Source: an uncultured Porphyromonadaceae bacterium | GTDB taxonomy: Bacteria; Bacteroidota; Bacteroidia; Bacteroidales; Muribaculaceae | Reading direction: 5' to 3' | DNA: 54,631 nucleotides | Assembly (NCBI GenBank): GCA_947177145.1 | Contig: CAMWTL010000001.1 | Span: 1-54,631, forward strand | Shown: one piece after another, positions 1 through 9,683 of the stretch | Layout of the letters: every line of letters begins with the position of its first letter | Position numbering within the stretch: position 1 is the stretch's first letter | Position numbers and translations under genes: made by a program | Notes under the pieces: generated by a model | Told to the model about the DNA's origin: nothing | Databases searched by the model: none | Seen by the model: only the letters and a program-made list of their open reading frames with translations

Positions 1-141
1 ATTATCTGTAGAGCCATCATTAACTAAAATAATCTCTATATTGGGATAGGTCTGAGAAATAATACTATCGATACATCTACGTAAGTATTTCTCTACATTA
101 TATACTGGTACTATGACCGAGATTAAAGGATATGCTTCCAC
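1..141 (-). CDS. Glycosyltransferase family 2, N-terminal part (truncated by window edge; not in ORF track)
   Basis: Manual translation from GTG at 141: (M)EAYPLISVIVPVYNVEKYLRRCIDSIISQTYPNIEIILVNDGSTDN, a classic GT2 N-terminus; in-frame stops just upstream; overlaps the end of the wzy ORF. Confidence 0.9.
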   Translation of the reverse strand, partial: MEAYPLISVIVPVYNVEKYLRRCIDSIISQTYPNIEIILVNDGSTDN

Positions 142-1321
142 ATTTATTTGATTTTATTATAGATTTTCTGTGATTTTTGTAGGAAAAATATACCATTCCC
201 CACATTATCCACACCATTGCATCACCAGTCACAATAGCAGGATTATGAAAAAAACCGTTTAAAGTATATGACATAAAAGCAAGTGTAATCAATATGTTTT
301 TATGCTTCTTCAATAATGTATATGCTATCATTACCTGTTTCATCAAAATATATACGATACACATTCCTCCCAGAATGCCCGAATAAATAAATCCGGACGC
401 AATAACATTATGAGGAGGGAAGCCTGTGAGTCTTAGAAAGGCTTTCTGCCCACCAAGAAAGAAATGCTCTATAATAAATGGCAATATTTCCTTATTAATG
501 TTTTCTCTGACACCTGAATCTCCTCCTATCCAACGGCTTGATTGAACTATATCACTATTAATAATATCAGAAACTAACCAAAACAATCCACTAAATGCAA
601 AAAGACATAGAAAGTAAAATAATAGTGAATTTCTAAATTCTATATATAGATAATACATTAACAATATTAGAGTAATACCAAAACAACTTCTTTCTCCGAC
701 CATAAATAATGACATTAAAGATAAAAATAAAAGAGCATATTTGACCATCCAATTTAAATGTCTAAATCTAAACAGTAGAAAGAAAGGCAAGATCATAGAG
801 TAATAGCCATTATACACAATATCACCCATTATCCCCATCAAATTAGAATGATTCCCCTGCATCATTCTAGTTAGTTGTGCAACCTTAACCTCATCATTCA
901 TATCAACAAAGATAGCACCTATCAAATAACCATATTTAATTCCTAAATATTGTAATATCGTGACTATGCTATTTATTATTCCAACTACAATAAAACTATT
1001 TAAAAAATAATTAAAAGTATAATATCTTTTTAAAATAAGAATAGTGTTATAATACCCCAGCAATGCAACTCCATATAACGCTACTAATTGTCTAATAAAA
1101 CTTTGAATATTATTCTCCAATAAAGCACTGATTCCATAGAGAACGATAAACATTGCATAAAAAGGCATTATCTGAGAAAAACCTTTTATATTACTCCAGT
1201 TAAAATAAAGATATATGAAAAGTATAATTGCACAATACTGTCTAATAGTACATGGACCGAAATATATCCCATTCCCTACCATTATAGCAGCTATAAAAAT
1301 AGCATAGATTATTCCTATCAT
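98..1321 (-). CDS. wzy: Polysaccharide polymerase (Wzy / O-antigen ligase-like membrane protein)
   Basis: 407 aa, about 10 hydrophobic segments, ERS motif and PPHN..(S)G..GG loop typical of Wzy_C/ligase family; very AT-rich; polysaccharide locus context. Confidence 0.7.
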   Translation of the reverse strand: MIGIIYAIFIAAIMVGNGIYFGPCTIRQYCAIILFIYLYFNWSNIKGFSQIMPFYAMFIVLYGISALLENNIQSFIRQLVALYGVALLGYYNTILILKRYYTFNYFLNSFIVVGIINSIVTILQYLGIKYGYLIGAIFVDMNDEVKVAQLTRMMQGNHSNLMGIMGDIVYNGYYSMILPFFLLFRFRHLNWMVKYALLFLSLMSLFMVGERSCFGITLILLMYYLYIEFRNSLLFYFLCLFAFSGLFWLVSDIINSDIVQSSRWIGGDSGVRENINKEILPFIIEHFFLGGQKAFLRLTGFPPHNVIASGFIYSGILGGMCIVYILMKQVMIAYTLLKKHKNILITLAFMSYTLNGFFHNPAIVTGDAMVWIMWGMVYFSYKNHRKSIIKSNKCGSISFNLGHSTSI

Positions 1322-1332
1322 TACCTCTATTT

Positions 1333-2397
1333 TTATTGTTTACTCTGTAAACGAGGCCAATTTATAAAACTTCCCTTTGAAGTAGGAACTTCAATAAACT
1401 TATGAATAATAAGTGCTAATATAATAGAGACACCAACAGGTAGTATTATCCATAGTTCGCTAGTTTGTCCAACACTACGTAGCCATTTTATTATAGCAAA
1501 ACCTATCATTTGATGAAGTAAATACAATGGGTAGCTGATTAAAGCAATAAATTCAAACAATCTATAGATTATATCAGGTATGTTGATTAAGTCAAGCTTA
1601 GGACGTAAATATAATAATAATAAAGTTGCTATAAAAAATATATTTGATGGTGATGCAGAAGAGCTATGCCTATAAAACTGAGCACACAGGCATAAGAATA
1701 ATATAACCCAATATCCTATATCACTCTTCTTCTTTTGAATATAATGAATCGCAATTCCACTTACGAAAACCTGAATCCAATCAATTATTAAACATACTCT
1801 CAATATTTTAAACAATAATAAATTTCCATAAAATACTTCCAAAATAGAGAATATCAATATTAATCCGATTGTTATCTTTCTTGTGCTTATCTTAGGTATC
1901 AACAGAAGCAAAAACACAATAACGGCGAATTTCACTTCGTATGCCATCGTCCAATAGGCTCCATCAACAAATCTTGTTTTAAAGTTTGAAGCCAACATAG
2001 AAAGATTTATAAGGTATTCTTTTAAAGACACCTTAGCCTCCGGGAAAATTGTTAATAGCACTAAGGTAGTGATACTCATACACACCCAATAAGTAGGGTA
2101 TAAACGAGTCATTCTTTTTATGAAAATATGCCCAGCTTGAGCTTTTACATTTTCAACATTTTTAGCCAAGAGATAGCCAGATAATATGAAAAATGTGGAA
2201 ACTGCTCCATATCCCCAACTAACCTGAAAAGGCCAAGATATTTCGGCATGAGCATCAATAATAAATTTATTTTCATTGTATCTATATGTATAATGATATA
2301 ACACAATAAAAATAGCAGACAGAGCTCTTATTATATCAATTATATGAGAGTGATGAGATACTTGAGACTTCCTATCATTAATAATATCTATACTCAT
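1333..2397 (-). CDS. Acyltransferase family 3 (OafA-like polysaccharide O-acyltransferase)
   Basis: Motifs IDIIRALSAIFIVLYHY, FFILSGYL, KRMTRLYPTYW, YWTMAYEVKF, ISYPLYLLHQ, FIEVP. Confidence 0.9.
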   Translation of the reverse strand: MSIDIINDRKSQVSHHSHIIDIIRALSAIFIVLYHYTYRYNENKFIIDAHAEISWPFQVSWGYGAVSTFFILSGYLLAKNVENVKAQAGHIFIKRMTRLYPTYWVCMSITTLVLLTIFPEAKVSLKEYLINLSMLASNFKTRFVDGAYWTMAYEVKFAVIVFLLLLIPKISTRKITIGLILIFSILEVFYGNLLLFKILRVCLIIDWIQVFVSGIAIHYIQKKKSDIGYWVILFLCLCAQFYRHSSSASPSNIFFIATLLLLYLRPKLDLINIPDIIYRLFEFIALISYPLYLLHQMIGFAIIKWLRSVGQTSELWIILPVGVSIILALIIHKFIEVPTSKGSFINWPRLQSKQ

Positions 2398-2416
2398 ATT
2401 ATTTGTAAGTATATTG

Positions 2417-3544
2417 CTATATATCGTTATTAATTTTTTTACCTACTCTTAATTTACCTACAATTTCATTCTTTTTCCTTAGAACATCATACATAATTCT
2501 TTGTAATAAAGGAATCTTCAACATTAACTTAACAATTATAACCTTATAATATTTTCCCTTATAATTATTTATATCCTCCTTTAGCTTGGCTGGGATAGAT
2601 TGTTGACTTCTATAATAAACTAAATATGCTCGATATAAGTACCCTCCTTCTATTTTCTGACTTAATTGAATGTCATTTGGTAAATACTTATTTGCAAAAA
2701 AATGGTAGATATCTATTGTATTTCTCGCTCTTTTTAATTGAAGGTTAATATTTAAAGAATGACTTGCAGAAATTTCAAGTATACGATAAACAGCCGTAAT
2801 ATCCCTTAGAGTTTTTACTAAGCCTTGAGTAGCCATATATAAAATCAAAGGTTTATCCCCCATCAGCCAATTTTTTTTAAAAGGTTGTATCTCTTCTTGA
2901 TATTTCAAATACAATTCCTGTCTTAATACAATTGTAGCCGTTCCGAACTGTAAATCTCGCCACAACATATCTCTTAGAGAACTATATTGCTCTCCAGACA
3001 AGGCAAAAATATTATTTGTTTTTTCTTTATAGCATATAAACTTTGTAAGACAGACACTATAATTGGGATGTCTATCTAAAAAATCCACTTGTTTCTGAAG
3101 TTTCAATGGGTCAATCCAATAATCATCTCCCTCACATAAAGCTTCATATTCACAATTATTTTCCCATTCCGATATATAAGATCTTTTCTTAGCCTTAAGT
3201 TCGGATGTAGAATTATGATTTCGGCTTAAAAGAATAACTGCAAAATAACAATTATAATTTATCTTATGACGTGCAAAGATTACAGTGCCATATTCTTCAC
3301 TACGAGTATAGGCTTCTTTAATATTCATAGTAAAGTTTTCATCAATATATTTTTTGATGACCTCCTGCTCTCCGTCTGTAGAAGCATCGTCAACTATACA
3401 ACATACAAAAGGAAATTCTGTTTGCTGTGCTGAGAAACCATGCATTGCATCCACAATGTAAGGTGCATGGTTAAATGTATAGCACCTTACACAAACTTTC
3501 CACTGAACTTGAATGTCTCCTTTATAAGAATTGGCATTTCCCAT
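2417..3544 (-). CDS. Glycosyltransferase family 2
   Basis: TFNHAPYI, IVDDASTD, ALCEGDDYWIDPLKLQKQVDFL motifs. Confidence 0.9.
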   Translation of the reverse strand: MGNANSYKGDIQVQWKVCVRCYTFNHAPYIVDAMHGFSAQQTEFPFVCCIVDDASTDGEQEVIKKYIDENFTMNIKEAYTRSEEYGTVIFARHKINYNCYFAVILLSRNHNSTSELKAKKRSYISEWENNCEYEALCEGDDYWIDPLKLQKQVDFLDRHPNYSVCLTKFICYKEKTNNIFALSGEQYSSLRDMLWRDLQFGTATIVLRQELYLKYQEEIQPFKKNWLMGDKPLILYMATQGLVKTLRDITAVYRILEISASHSLNINLQLKRARNTIDIYHFFANKYLPNDIQLSQKIEGGYLYRAYLVYYRSQQSIPAKLKEDINNYKGKYYKVIIVKLMLKIPLLQRIMYDVLRKKNEIVGKLRVGKKINNDI

Positions 3545-3645
3545 TATTGCAATTGAAGATTGTTAGGATTGGTTCATTCGTTCTAATAACTGGTCTTTAA
3601 CTCTATTTTTTGAATAAACAGAGGTTTATCTGTATGTCCAACACC

Positions 3646-4491
3646 TCATAATTCGACTGAGGCCCTCCTCGGCTCAAAGCAACAGCATGGGCGAATAGCA
3701 ACTATACGAACTCCACTTGCCCTCTGTGGACCGACCTTAGCAAAGGTTGCAAGAACGGAAGTTTGTCCACCTAACCCTAAAGCTCCGGTACGTGATTCAT
3801 TGATCCGATCTGTTATGGCCTTCTCAAAATCAGACTGTATATTATAGTTCCCAGTTGCCATGGCCTCCATCATCATAGAGGTTGCCTCAAACTGTGAACG
3901 GCCAATACCCACAGCCAACGTGCAGGGGGAACAGCCAAGCTCCCTAACCGCCGGAATGGCCCTCGTGACAATCTCCATTATGACCGCTTCGACACTGTGC
4001 CTGTGGAAAATTCTCTGCGTCACACCACGTATTGCCGGTCCACCCCCCAACATGAGTATTGTCAGCCTGAGCACATCATCATCAACGTATTTCAGTAACA
4101 ACGGCGCAGGGGCCAACCCTCCCGGATCCGAGTCAAGACCACCGGATTGGTCTATGCGATGATAATCATCGCCCTTTATGGCCATCGGACGACCTGGAAG
4201 TCGTCTTAGACCCACTTTTATACCCTCGTATATCTGTCCTATCACCTCACCTGGAAGTGTGCGGTTCCTGCCGATTTCCAAGAATAGGTGCGGTATACCC
4301 GTATCGTCACACAGGGGACCCTTGTTATGCTCGGCAACTATGGCATTCTCCAGCACCTGCTTCATGACCCAGCAGCTCCCGAAGCTCTCCTCCGTAGCGA
4401 TCGCTCGTCTGTAAGCCTCTTTCTGGTCCTCCCTGAAAGTGCTTCCAGCCTCAACAAGGCAGCCGGCCACCTTCTCCACTATATTATTCAT
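3646..4491 (-). CDS. Fe-S hydro-lyase (class I fumarate hydratase / tartrate dehydratase family), alpha subunit, divergent
   Basis: PLCDDTG, GCSPC, GALGLGGQTSVL and C-terminal Cys; start taken as ATG 4491 (MNNIVEK), overlapping the stop of the beta gene. Confidence 0.85.
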   Translation of the reverse strand: MNNIVEKVAGCLVEAGSTFREDQKEAYRRAIATEESFGSCWVMKQVLENAIVAEHNKGPLCDDTGIPHLFLEIGRNRTLPGEVIGQIYEGIKVGLRRLPGRPMAIKGDDYHRIDQSGGLDSDPGGLAPAPLLLKYVDDDVLRLTILMLGGGPAIRGVTQRIFHRHSVEAVIMEIVTRAIPAVRELGCSPCTLAVGIGRSQFEATSMMMEAMATGNYNIQSDFEKAITDRINESRTGALGLGGQTSVLATFAKVGPQRASGVRIVAIRPCCCFEPRRASVEL

Positions 4492-4990
4492 ATATGCTCT
4501 CTCCATTTGCGGCTGCAATGATTGCCTGATAACCGTCCACCTTAATCCTGTGCAACCCCTCCATCCCCAACTCCGGATAGCAGACCGTCTCCATATCTGA
4601 AGTCTTGCTGCCTAAAAGCGCCGTAACGGGGGGTATTACGGCAAAGACCGACCTGTTCCGCTCAAGTGCCTCCACTGTCTCCCGGCTTATCGCACCCTTG
4701 CCCAGAAACAGCCTCACACCGTGACGGGAAAGGGGCTCAAAACTCTCCTCAATCTCAAGCTTATTGCTTGATGTGGGCCCCACACCCGCCACGCTGACAG
4801 CAGTGTGGAATACTACCTGACCCTCAAGATCAACATTTATCTCCTCTAACGTCCCATTCTCGGCATGTGCCACAATCTTTGGGAGCACCGCATCACGCCC
4901 GGTATAGATATAGCCGGACAGAGAGACAATGTCACCAACATTTAGCTTGGAAATATCCTCTGTGCTTATAGGCGTTTGTAAATAAATCAT
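4484..4990 (-). CDS. Fe-S hydro-lyase (fumarate hydratase / tartrate dehydratase family), beta subunit
   Basis: LQTPIS..L.VGDIVSLSGYIYTGRDA, GPTSS, LGKG motifs; likely start ATG 4990 (MIYLQTP). Confidence 0.85.
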   Translation of the reverse strand: MIYLQTPISTEDISKLNVGDIVSLSGYIYTGRDAVLPKIVAHAENGTLEEINVDLEGQVVFHTAVSVAGVGPTSSNKLEIEESFEPLSRHGVRLFLGKGAISRETVEALERNRSVFAVIPPVTALLGSKTSDMETVCYPELGMEGLHRIKVDGYQAIIAAANGESIYE

Positions 4991-5027
4991 AACTGTAAAA
5001 GTAAATACAGATGAAGCGGTCAATCAA

Positions 5028-6248
5028 TCAAATATAGATATCCTTTCTCATACTGGGCTGCCCGGAAGTGTCAAAGACCTCCATCTCCTCAACAACATGG
5101 GCAATTCTCTTAAGCAACTCATCATGGGTGGCACCCTTCACCACAAAAGCCCCGACTCTATTATTGCTTGAAATATCCGGACCAACCTCCGATCCAGAGT
5201 GTCTATATACGTTGAAGTACAGGATGTCATTCATCGTCGCCTTACCTATGGTCATTTTTCCGAAAGAGCCGGATGTCATATAGATATAATTATCTGCCAA
5301 ATAATCCTTTGGATTAGCATATTCCCCACTTATGCGTTTCCCCAGAAAAGAATTAATCGACTCATCAATCATGTCATAACCCGTCAATTCCATTATGATA
5401 CGGTAATTTTCACCTCCTCCTATACGGGCACCGAACTCTATGACGTTTATCTCCGCCCCATTGACTATAGTCTGCATCATGAGGGGACAGTTATCTATCC
5501 TGAAAGCCGAGGCAATACGCTGTGCTATAAGGCGGAGGTTTTCCAACTGAACGGGTGTGACGTCCGCCGGCCAAAAAGAGCCGTAGATCTGCTGGATACC
5601 ATCATTGTTGACGTCAATCTTACGTCTCTCCCTAGTCATAATAATATGGGCCTTACCATTTATTATCATGCAGTCGACCCCGACCTCGGTGCCCTCCTTA
5701 AACTCCTCCACTATAGCAGCGCCATTTCTGGATAATTGAAGTGCCTTTCGAACATGAGACAGTCTGTTCTCATCACCATGTTCTATCTTACGAACCCCTT
5801 TAGAGCTGTTGCTGTCAGCCGGTTTTATTATTAACGGATATCTTAATCTTACATCGTCAAATTCAGATTCACTGGTGATTGTGTAATGTCTTGCAGTCGG
5901 TATATCGTTCTCGATCATTATCCGCTTCATATCCTCCTTATTTGTGACGCTAAGGGAGGTCTCATAGGGATACGGATGTGGAAGGCCCAGCTTCTCCGCC
6001 ACATAACATGCTGTCACATTGGCCTGGTCCACACAGGTTGTTATGACCAGATCCACATTTTCCTCACGGGCAACAGCCAACACACCCTCCTTGTCAAGGG
6101 TACTAATTCGAATATGCCTGTCAGCCACATCCCCCGCTATCGGATTTTCGTAATAGTCTACCAGGAGAACGTAATAGCCACGCTCCTTCAATTTCTTTAT
6201 GAGATGACGGTGGGGAAAGGTACCACCGAGAACAATTGCTTTCTTCAT
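5028..6248 (-). CDS. ATP-grasp domain ligase
   Basis: N-terminal VLGG Rossmann-like domain, NKEDMK, YPLIIKPADSNSSKGV, IVEEFKEGTEV, VIEFGARIGGG. Confidence 0.9.
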   Translation of the reverse strand: MKKAIVLGGTFPHRHLIKKLKERGYYVLLVDYYENPIAGDVADRHIRISTLDKEGVLAVAREENVDLVITTCVDQANVTACYVAEKLGLPHPYPYETSLSVTNKEDMKRIMIENDIPTARHYTITSESEFDDVRLRYPLIIKPADSNSSKGVRKIEHGDENRLSHVRKALQLSRNGAAIVEEFKEGTEVGVDCMIINGKAHIIMTRERRKIDVNNDGIQQIYGSFWPADVTPVQLENLRLIAQRIASAFRIDNCPLMMQTIVNGAEINVIEFGARIGGGENYRIIMELTGYDMIDESINSFLGKRISGEYANPKDYLADNYIYMTSGSFGKMTIGKATMNDILYFNVYRHSGSEVGPDISSNNRVGAFVVKGATHDELLKRIAHVVEEMEVFDTSGQPSMRKDIYI

Positions 6249-7378
6249 TTATTATATTTGAATTGGTCCATCAAATCGGATTTGACTCGCAGATGGTCTA
6301 TCGACAGCTTAGGCATGTCAGGTCTTATTCCCTGTCTGACATGCATATCTATGAAACATGGCCTGTCCTGATTATGGAACCCTTGGATTATCCTCTGGAG
6401 GCCTTCCCTATCTTTTATAGCACCACCAGCAGTCTCATATCCACAGGCCGCCGCTATCTGTGTCAGATCCGCAGTCTGCCCTGGTGACTCCTGGCCACCG
6501 ACTGACTCATTTACACCGTTATTAAGAACTATATGAATGAGGTTACCCGGCATATAGCGTCCATTGGTGGCAAGGCTCCCCAGATGCATGACTGCGGAGG
6601 CATCCCCGTCAAACACCACAATTTTCCTATCGGGGCAACCAGTTGCCATACCAAGGGCTATCGAGGAAAGATGACCCATAGCACCCACATTCAGGAATTC
6701 ATGTCCCGCAGCCAGACCGTGCAGTTTCAGCTGCTCATGCAGCTCACGTGTGGCCCGTCCCGTAGTGGCAAGATATACGCCCCGGTCTCCCAATGTATCC
6801 AAGACAGTCCCTATTGCCTCCTCCCGACTCAACAGCTGACTTTCCGGATAACTCTGTTTCTTATCCTTCCGGGAAAGTATACCCTTCTTCACAATCAGAG
6901 CAACCGGAGACCCGATCTCCCTTGCTGTATGCTGTGCCCACATGAACTTTTCCACCACACTGTCCTCAGAGTCGAGAACTTGACAGGGTATGTCCATGTC
7001 GGCCATCAAAACAGGTGTAAGCTCACCCTGTTTCCTATGTTGGCAATGATCCTCAATATCGGGAGCCCCACGCCAGCCTATGACCAGAATCATGGGTATT
7101 GAATAGACATCCCGGTGGGTCAACGACAACAGGGGATTCATGGCATTGCCTATGCCGGAGTTCTGCATATATACCACCGGCAACCTGCCGGTAGCCATAT
7201 GATAGCCTGCAGCAATACCTACTGCATTCCCCTCATTGGCAGCCATAATATGTTTAGAGGCAGGGAAATTATCGCTAAGATATGTGCAGAAGTCATTCAG
7301 GAGAGAGTCAGGAACTCCTGTGAAAAAATCAATGCCATTTTTCTTCAGCTCACTGAAAAGGGTGTTCAAATCTGTCAT
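6245..7378 (-). CDS. ThDP-dependent 2-oxoacid decarboxylase, phosphonopyruvate decarboxylase (AepY/Ppd)-like
   Basis: FFTGVPDSLL, ANEGNAVGIAAG, YMQNSGIGNAMNPL, GWRG, GAMGH, DGD..NN ThDP motif; family clear, substrate uncertain. Confidence 0.85.
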   Translation of the reverse strand: MTDLNTLFSELKKNGIDFFTGVPDSLLNDFCTYLSDNFPASKHIMAANEGNAVGIAAGYHMATGRLPVVYMQNSGIGNAMNPLLSLTHRDVYSIPMILVIGWRGAPDIEDHCQHRKQGELTPVLMADMDIPCQVLDSEDSVVEKFMWAQHTAREIGSPVALIVKKGILSRKDKKQSYPESQLLSREEAIGTVLDTLGDRGVYLATTGRATRELHEQLKLHGLAAGHEFLNVGAMGHLSSIALGMATGCPDRKIVVFDGDASAVMHLGSLATNGRYMPGNLIHIVLNNGVNESVGGQESPGQTADLTQIAAACGYETAGGAIKDREGLQRIIQGFHNQDRPCFIDMHVRQGIRPDMPKLSIDHLRVKSDLMDQFKYNK

Positions 7379-8727
7379 GTCCTCATGATTTTTAATATGT
7401 TATGGAGGTTCACATCGGCTGAGAAGAGATTGTCAACAACATGTTCCGTATCCTCCATACTAAGGTCGCCAAAGGCGCATAATTCCTTAAATTTGTCAAT
7501 CAGCTCCGTGTCCGACAGCGGCATCGATGCCTCCCCCCTTGGATGTTCCGTAAGAGATGCGTATTGAGTCCCGTCCTGCATTTTAACAGTCATATACGCC
7601 ATGCTCTTTGCAGGAAAGTGCAGGGAACATTCCTCATCCTCCACCACACTGATCTTCTTCATCAGGCTGGAGACGTCGGCATCGCGGACCATGCCCTCAC
7701 CAAAGGCACCCATCCCCCCCGAACCTGTGATCAAGGCAACTGCAGCTCCAAAAGGGATGCTCATCTTTGCAGAGGAGACATTATTGACCGTTGTGTGGTC
7801 ATGATTCCTCACCGCCAAAGCATATGTACGTATCTCAATTGAGACAACCTGAGAAACGTCAATTCCATGGTTCAACCTCAATTTCAGGGCATTCTCAATT
7901 GATGGGTGTACATAACGGCATGCCGCATACGGCTTAACATATACATCGAAGATATGTAGGCTCTCCCCTTCTGAACGGTAGAGCTTGGAGTAGTCCGTCT
8001 CCTCGGAGAACTGGGCAAAGAACCCGGCTTGTCCCTCCAGAGGGTCGGCAGGGCCCTCAAAGCCCGCCTGCCCCATCAAGGCCGCCACAATCCCGTCACT
8101 GGCTGCTGTCGCGATATTGAAGGGCTTCAGCTCTGAATCATCCTCCAGGACCTTCAACGTGCCGTGTACCGAGGCAACAGCTGCGCAGAAGGAATCATGG
8201 ACCTGCTTGGGTGTGTAGCCCAGCATCGCAGCTATGCCAAGCGTTGCGCCAATCAGCCCACAGGTCCCCGATGCATGGTAGCCGCGCTTCTTATGAGAAG
8301 GCTGGATGGCGTTGGCCAGCCTCACGGAGGACTCATATCCGATCAACACGCCCCTGCAGAAATTGTCAAACCCGACCGACTCTTTCTCCGCCACGGCCAA
8401 CAACGCGGTGAATACGGGTGCTCCGGGATGTATGATCCCGGATATTACCCCGTCATCCAGCTCCGCGACATGGGAACTAAGACCATTTATGAAGGAGGCA
8501 GAATGTAAAGTCGACATCCTTGCGTAACCGATGACAGAGCATTCTCCAATTCCAGGACCGAGAGCCTCGAGTAAAACCTTACCCCTCTCCCCCTGAAGTC
8601 TGGAGCCTGCCAAGGTCACCCCCAGATAATCCAATAGACAACGTTTGACAGCATGGATCAGCTCGGGTGTCAGCTCCATATCCCTGACTGTCCACAGACT
8701 TTGGATAAATAGTTCTGTAGTGTTCAT
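7375..8727 (-). CDS. MmgE/PrpD family protein (2-methylcitrate dehydratase / epimerase superfamily)
   Basis: LLDYLGVTLAGS, INGLSSHVAELDD, IHPG, GYHASGTCG, KPYAACRYVHP, AKMSIPF; likely start ATG 8727 (MNTTELF). Confidence 0.9.
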   Translation of the reverse strand: MNTTELFIQSLWTVRDMELTPELIHAVKRCLLDYLGVTLAGSRLQGERGKVLLEALGPGIGECSVIGYARMSTLHSASFINGLSSHVAELDDGVISGIIHPGAPVFTALLAVAEKESVGFDNFCRGVLIGYESSVRLANAIQPSHKKRGYHASGTCGLIGATLGIAAMLGYTPKQVHDSFCAAVASVHGTLKVLEDDSELKPFNIATAASDGIVAALMGQAGFEGPADPLEGQAGFFAQFSEETDYSKLYRSEGESLHIFDVYVKPYAACRYVHPSIENALKLRLNHGIDVSQVVSIEIRTYALAVRNHDHTTVNNVSSAKMSIPFGAAVALITGSGGMGAFGEGMVRDADVSSLMKKISVVEDEECSLHFPAKSMAYMTVKMQDGTQYASLTEHPRGEASMPLSDTELIDKFKELCAFGDLSMEDTEHVVDNLFSADVNLHNILKIMRT

Positions 8728-8732
8728 TTGCC

Positions 8733-9677
8733 CTATATGAATTTGAAATAAGCCGGGCTGTCCGGTTTGGCCGTCTCCCACGCCATGTCCATCTTTTCCA
8801 AAATATCCTCCGGGAGTGGACCTCCACATGCGGCAGAGAGATTCTGCTCCATCTGCTCCATTCGGGACGCCCCAAGAATGAGCGCATCCCTATCTGCGCT
8901 CAGCATGGAATGGTTGACCAGCCATCTGTAGGCAGCCTCTGCCATCGGGATACCCTCTCGGTCACATGCTTCCTTGATCTCCGAGACCGCCTCGAAATAG
9001 GACCTCTTCCAGTATCTGTCACGGTAGCTCTTCAGCCGTGCGAAACGTCCCGGCTCAGGAGCACTGTCATAGTCCAGCTGCCTGCCTGTGAGCAGCCCAC
9101 CCGCCAGCGGGTTGAAAGCGTAGAAAACCATTCCCAGTTCCCTCAATGCAGGTATGAGCTCCGGCTCCACGTTCCGGCACAGGGCATTGTACATCCCCTG
9201 GTAGACCGACGGCTTCGGACAGCCGTGTGAATCACACCTGTGGCAGATGTCAACCACCTGCCATGCAGGGTAGTTGCTCAGTCCGAACGCCTTGACCCTG
9301 CCTGTGCCGTACAGCTCAGCCACGGTGTCAAGCGCCTCCCCTATCGGGGTCTTGCCGTCCGGGAAATGGAAATAGAGAAGGTCCACAGAATCCCTGTTCA
9401 TACGCCGCAGCGACTCGTCAAGTTCCATCAGTATGGTCTTCCTGTCAAGCCTGCCTGTTATCCGGGGATGCACCTTGGTGGCGATCCCATAACTATGGGT
9501 GGGAATGCCGGGCAGGATATCCCCCAGCAACCTCTCCGTATCACCATTGTTATAAACATATGCGGTGTCCAGCTCACGGTTCCCCGACTTCAGGAACCCG
9601 TCCACCATTTGCCGGCTGCCCTCAAGGTCCAGCTGGGGACCGAAGTTCATCGTGCCTAATACTATCTTCATCTCCAA
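8733..9677 (-). CDS. Aldo/keto reductase, AKR7 (aflatoxin aldehyde / succinic semialdehyde reductase)-like
   Basis: LGTMNFG, LDTAYVY, IATKV, LYFHFPD, GLSNY, PSVYQGMYNA, YAFNPLAGGLLTG, YRDRYWK. Confidence 0.9.
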   Translation of the reverse strand: MEMKIVLGTMNFGPQLDLEGSRQMVDGFLKSGNRELDTAYVYNNGDTERLLGDILPGIPTHSYGIATKVHPRITGRLDRKTILMELDESLRRMNRDSVDLLYFHFPDGKTPIGEALDTVAELYGTGRVKAFGLSNYPAWQVVDICHRCDSHGCPKPSVYQGMYNALCRNVEPELIPALRELGMVFYAFNPLAGGLLTGRQLDYDSAPEPGRFARLKSYRDRYWKRSYFEAVSEIKEACDREGIPMAEAAYRWLVNHSMLSADRDALILGASRMEQMEQNLSAACGGPLPEDILEKMDMAWETAKPDSPAYFKFI

Positions 9678-9683
9678 ACTGTT

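Noticed and set aside
6245-7378. Calling the locus a 2-aminoethylphosphonate (aepXYZ) cluster
   Set aside because: No PEP mutase or AEP transaminase in the window; cannot be excluded beyond the left edge, so the gene symbol is withheld
7375-8829. Extended starts given by the ORF track (8829, 10859, 12935, 5023, 4518, 23779, 30327, 44291)
   Set aside because: Most extensions overlap upstream genes or promoter boxes; downstream ATGs fit family N-termini and translational coupling better
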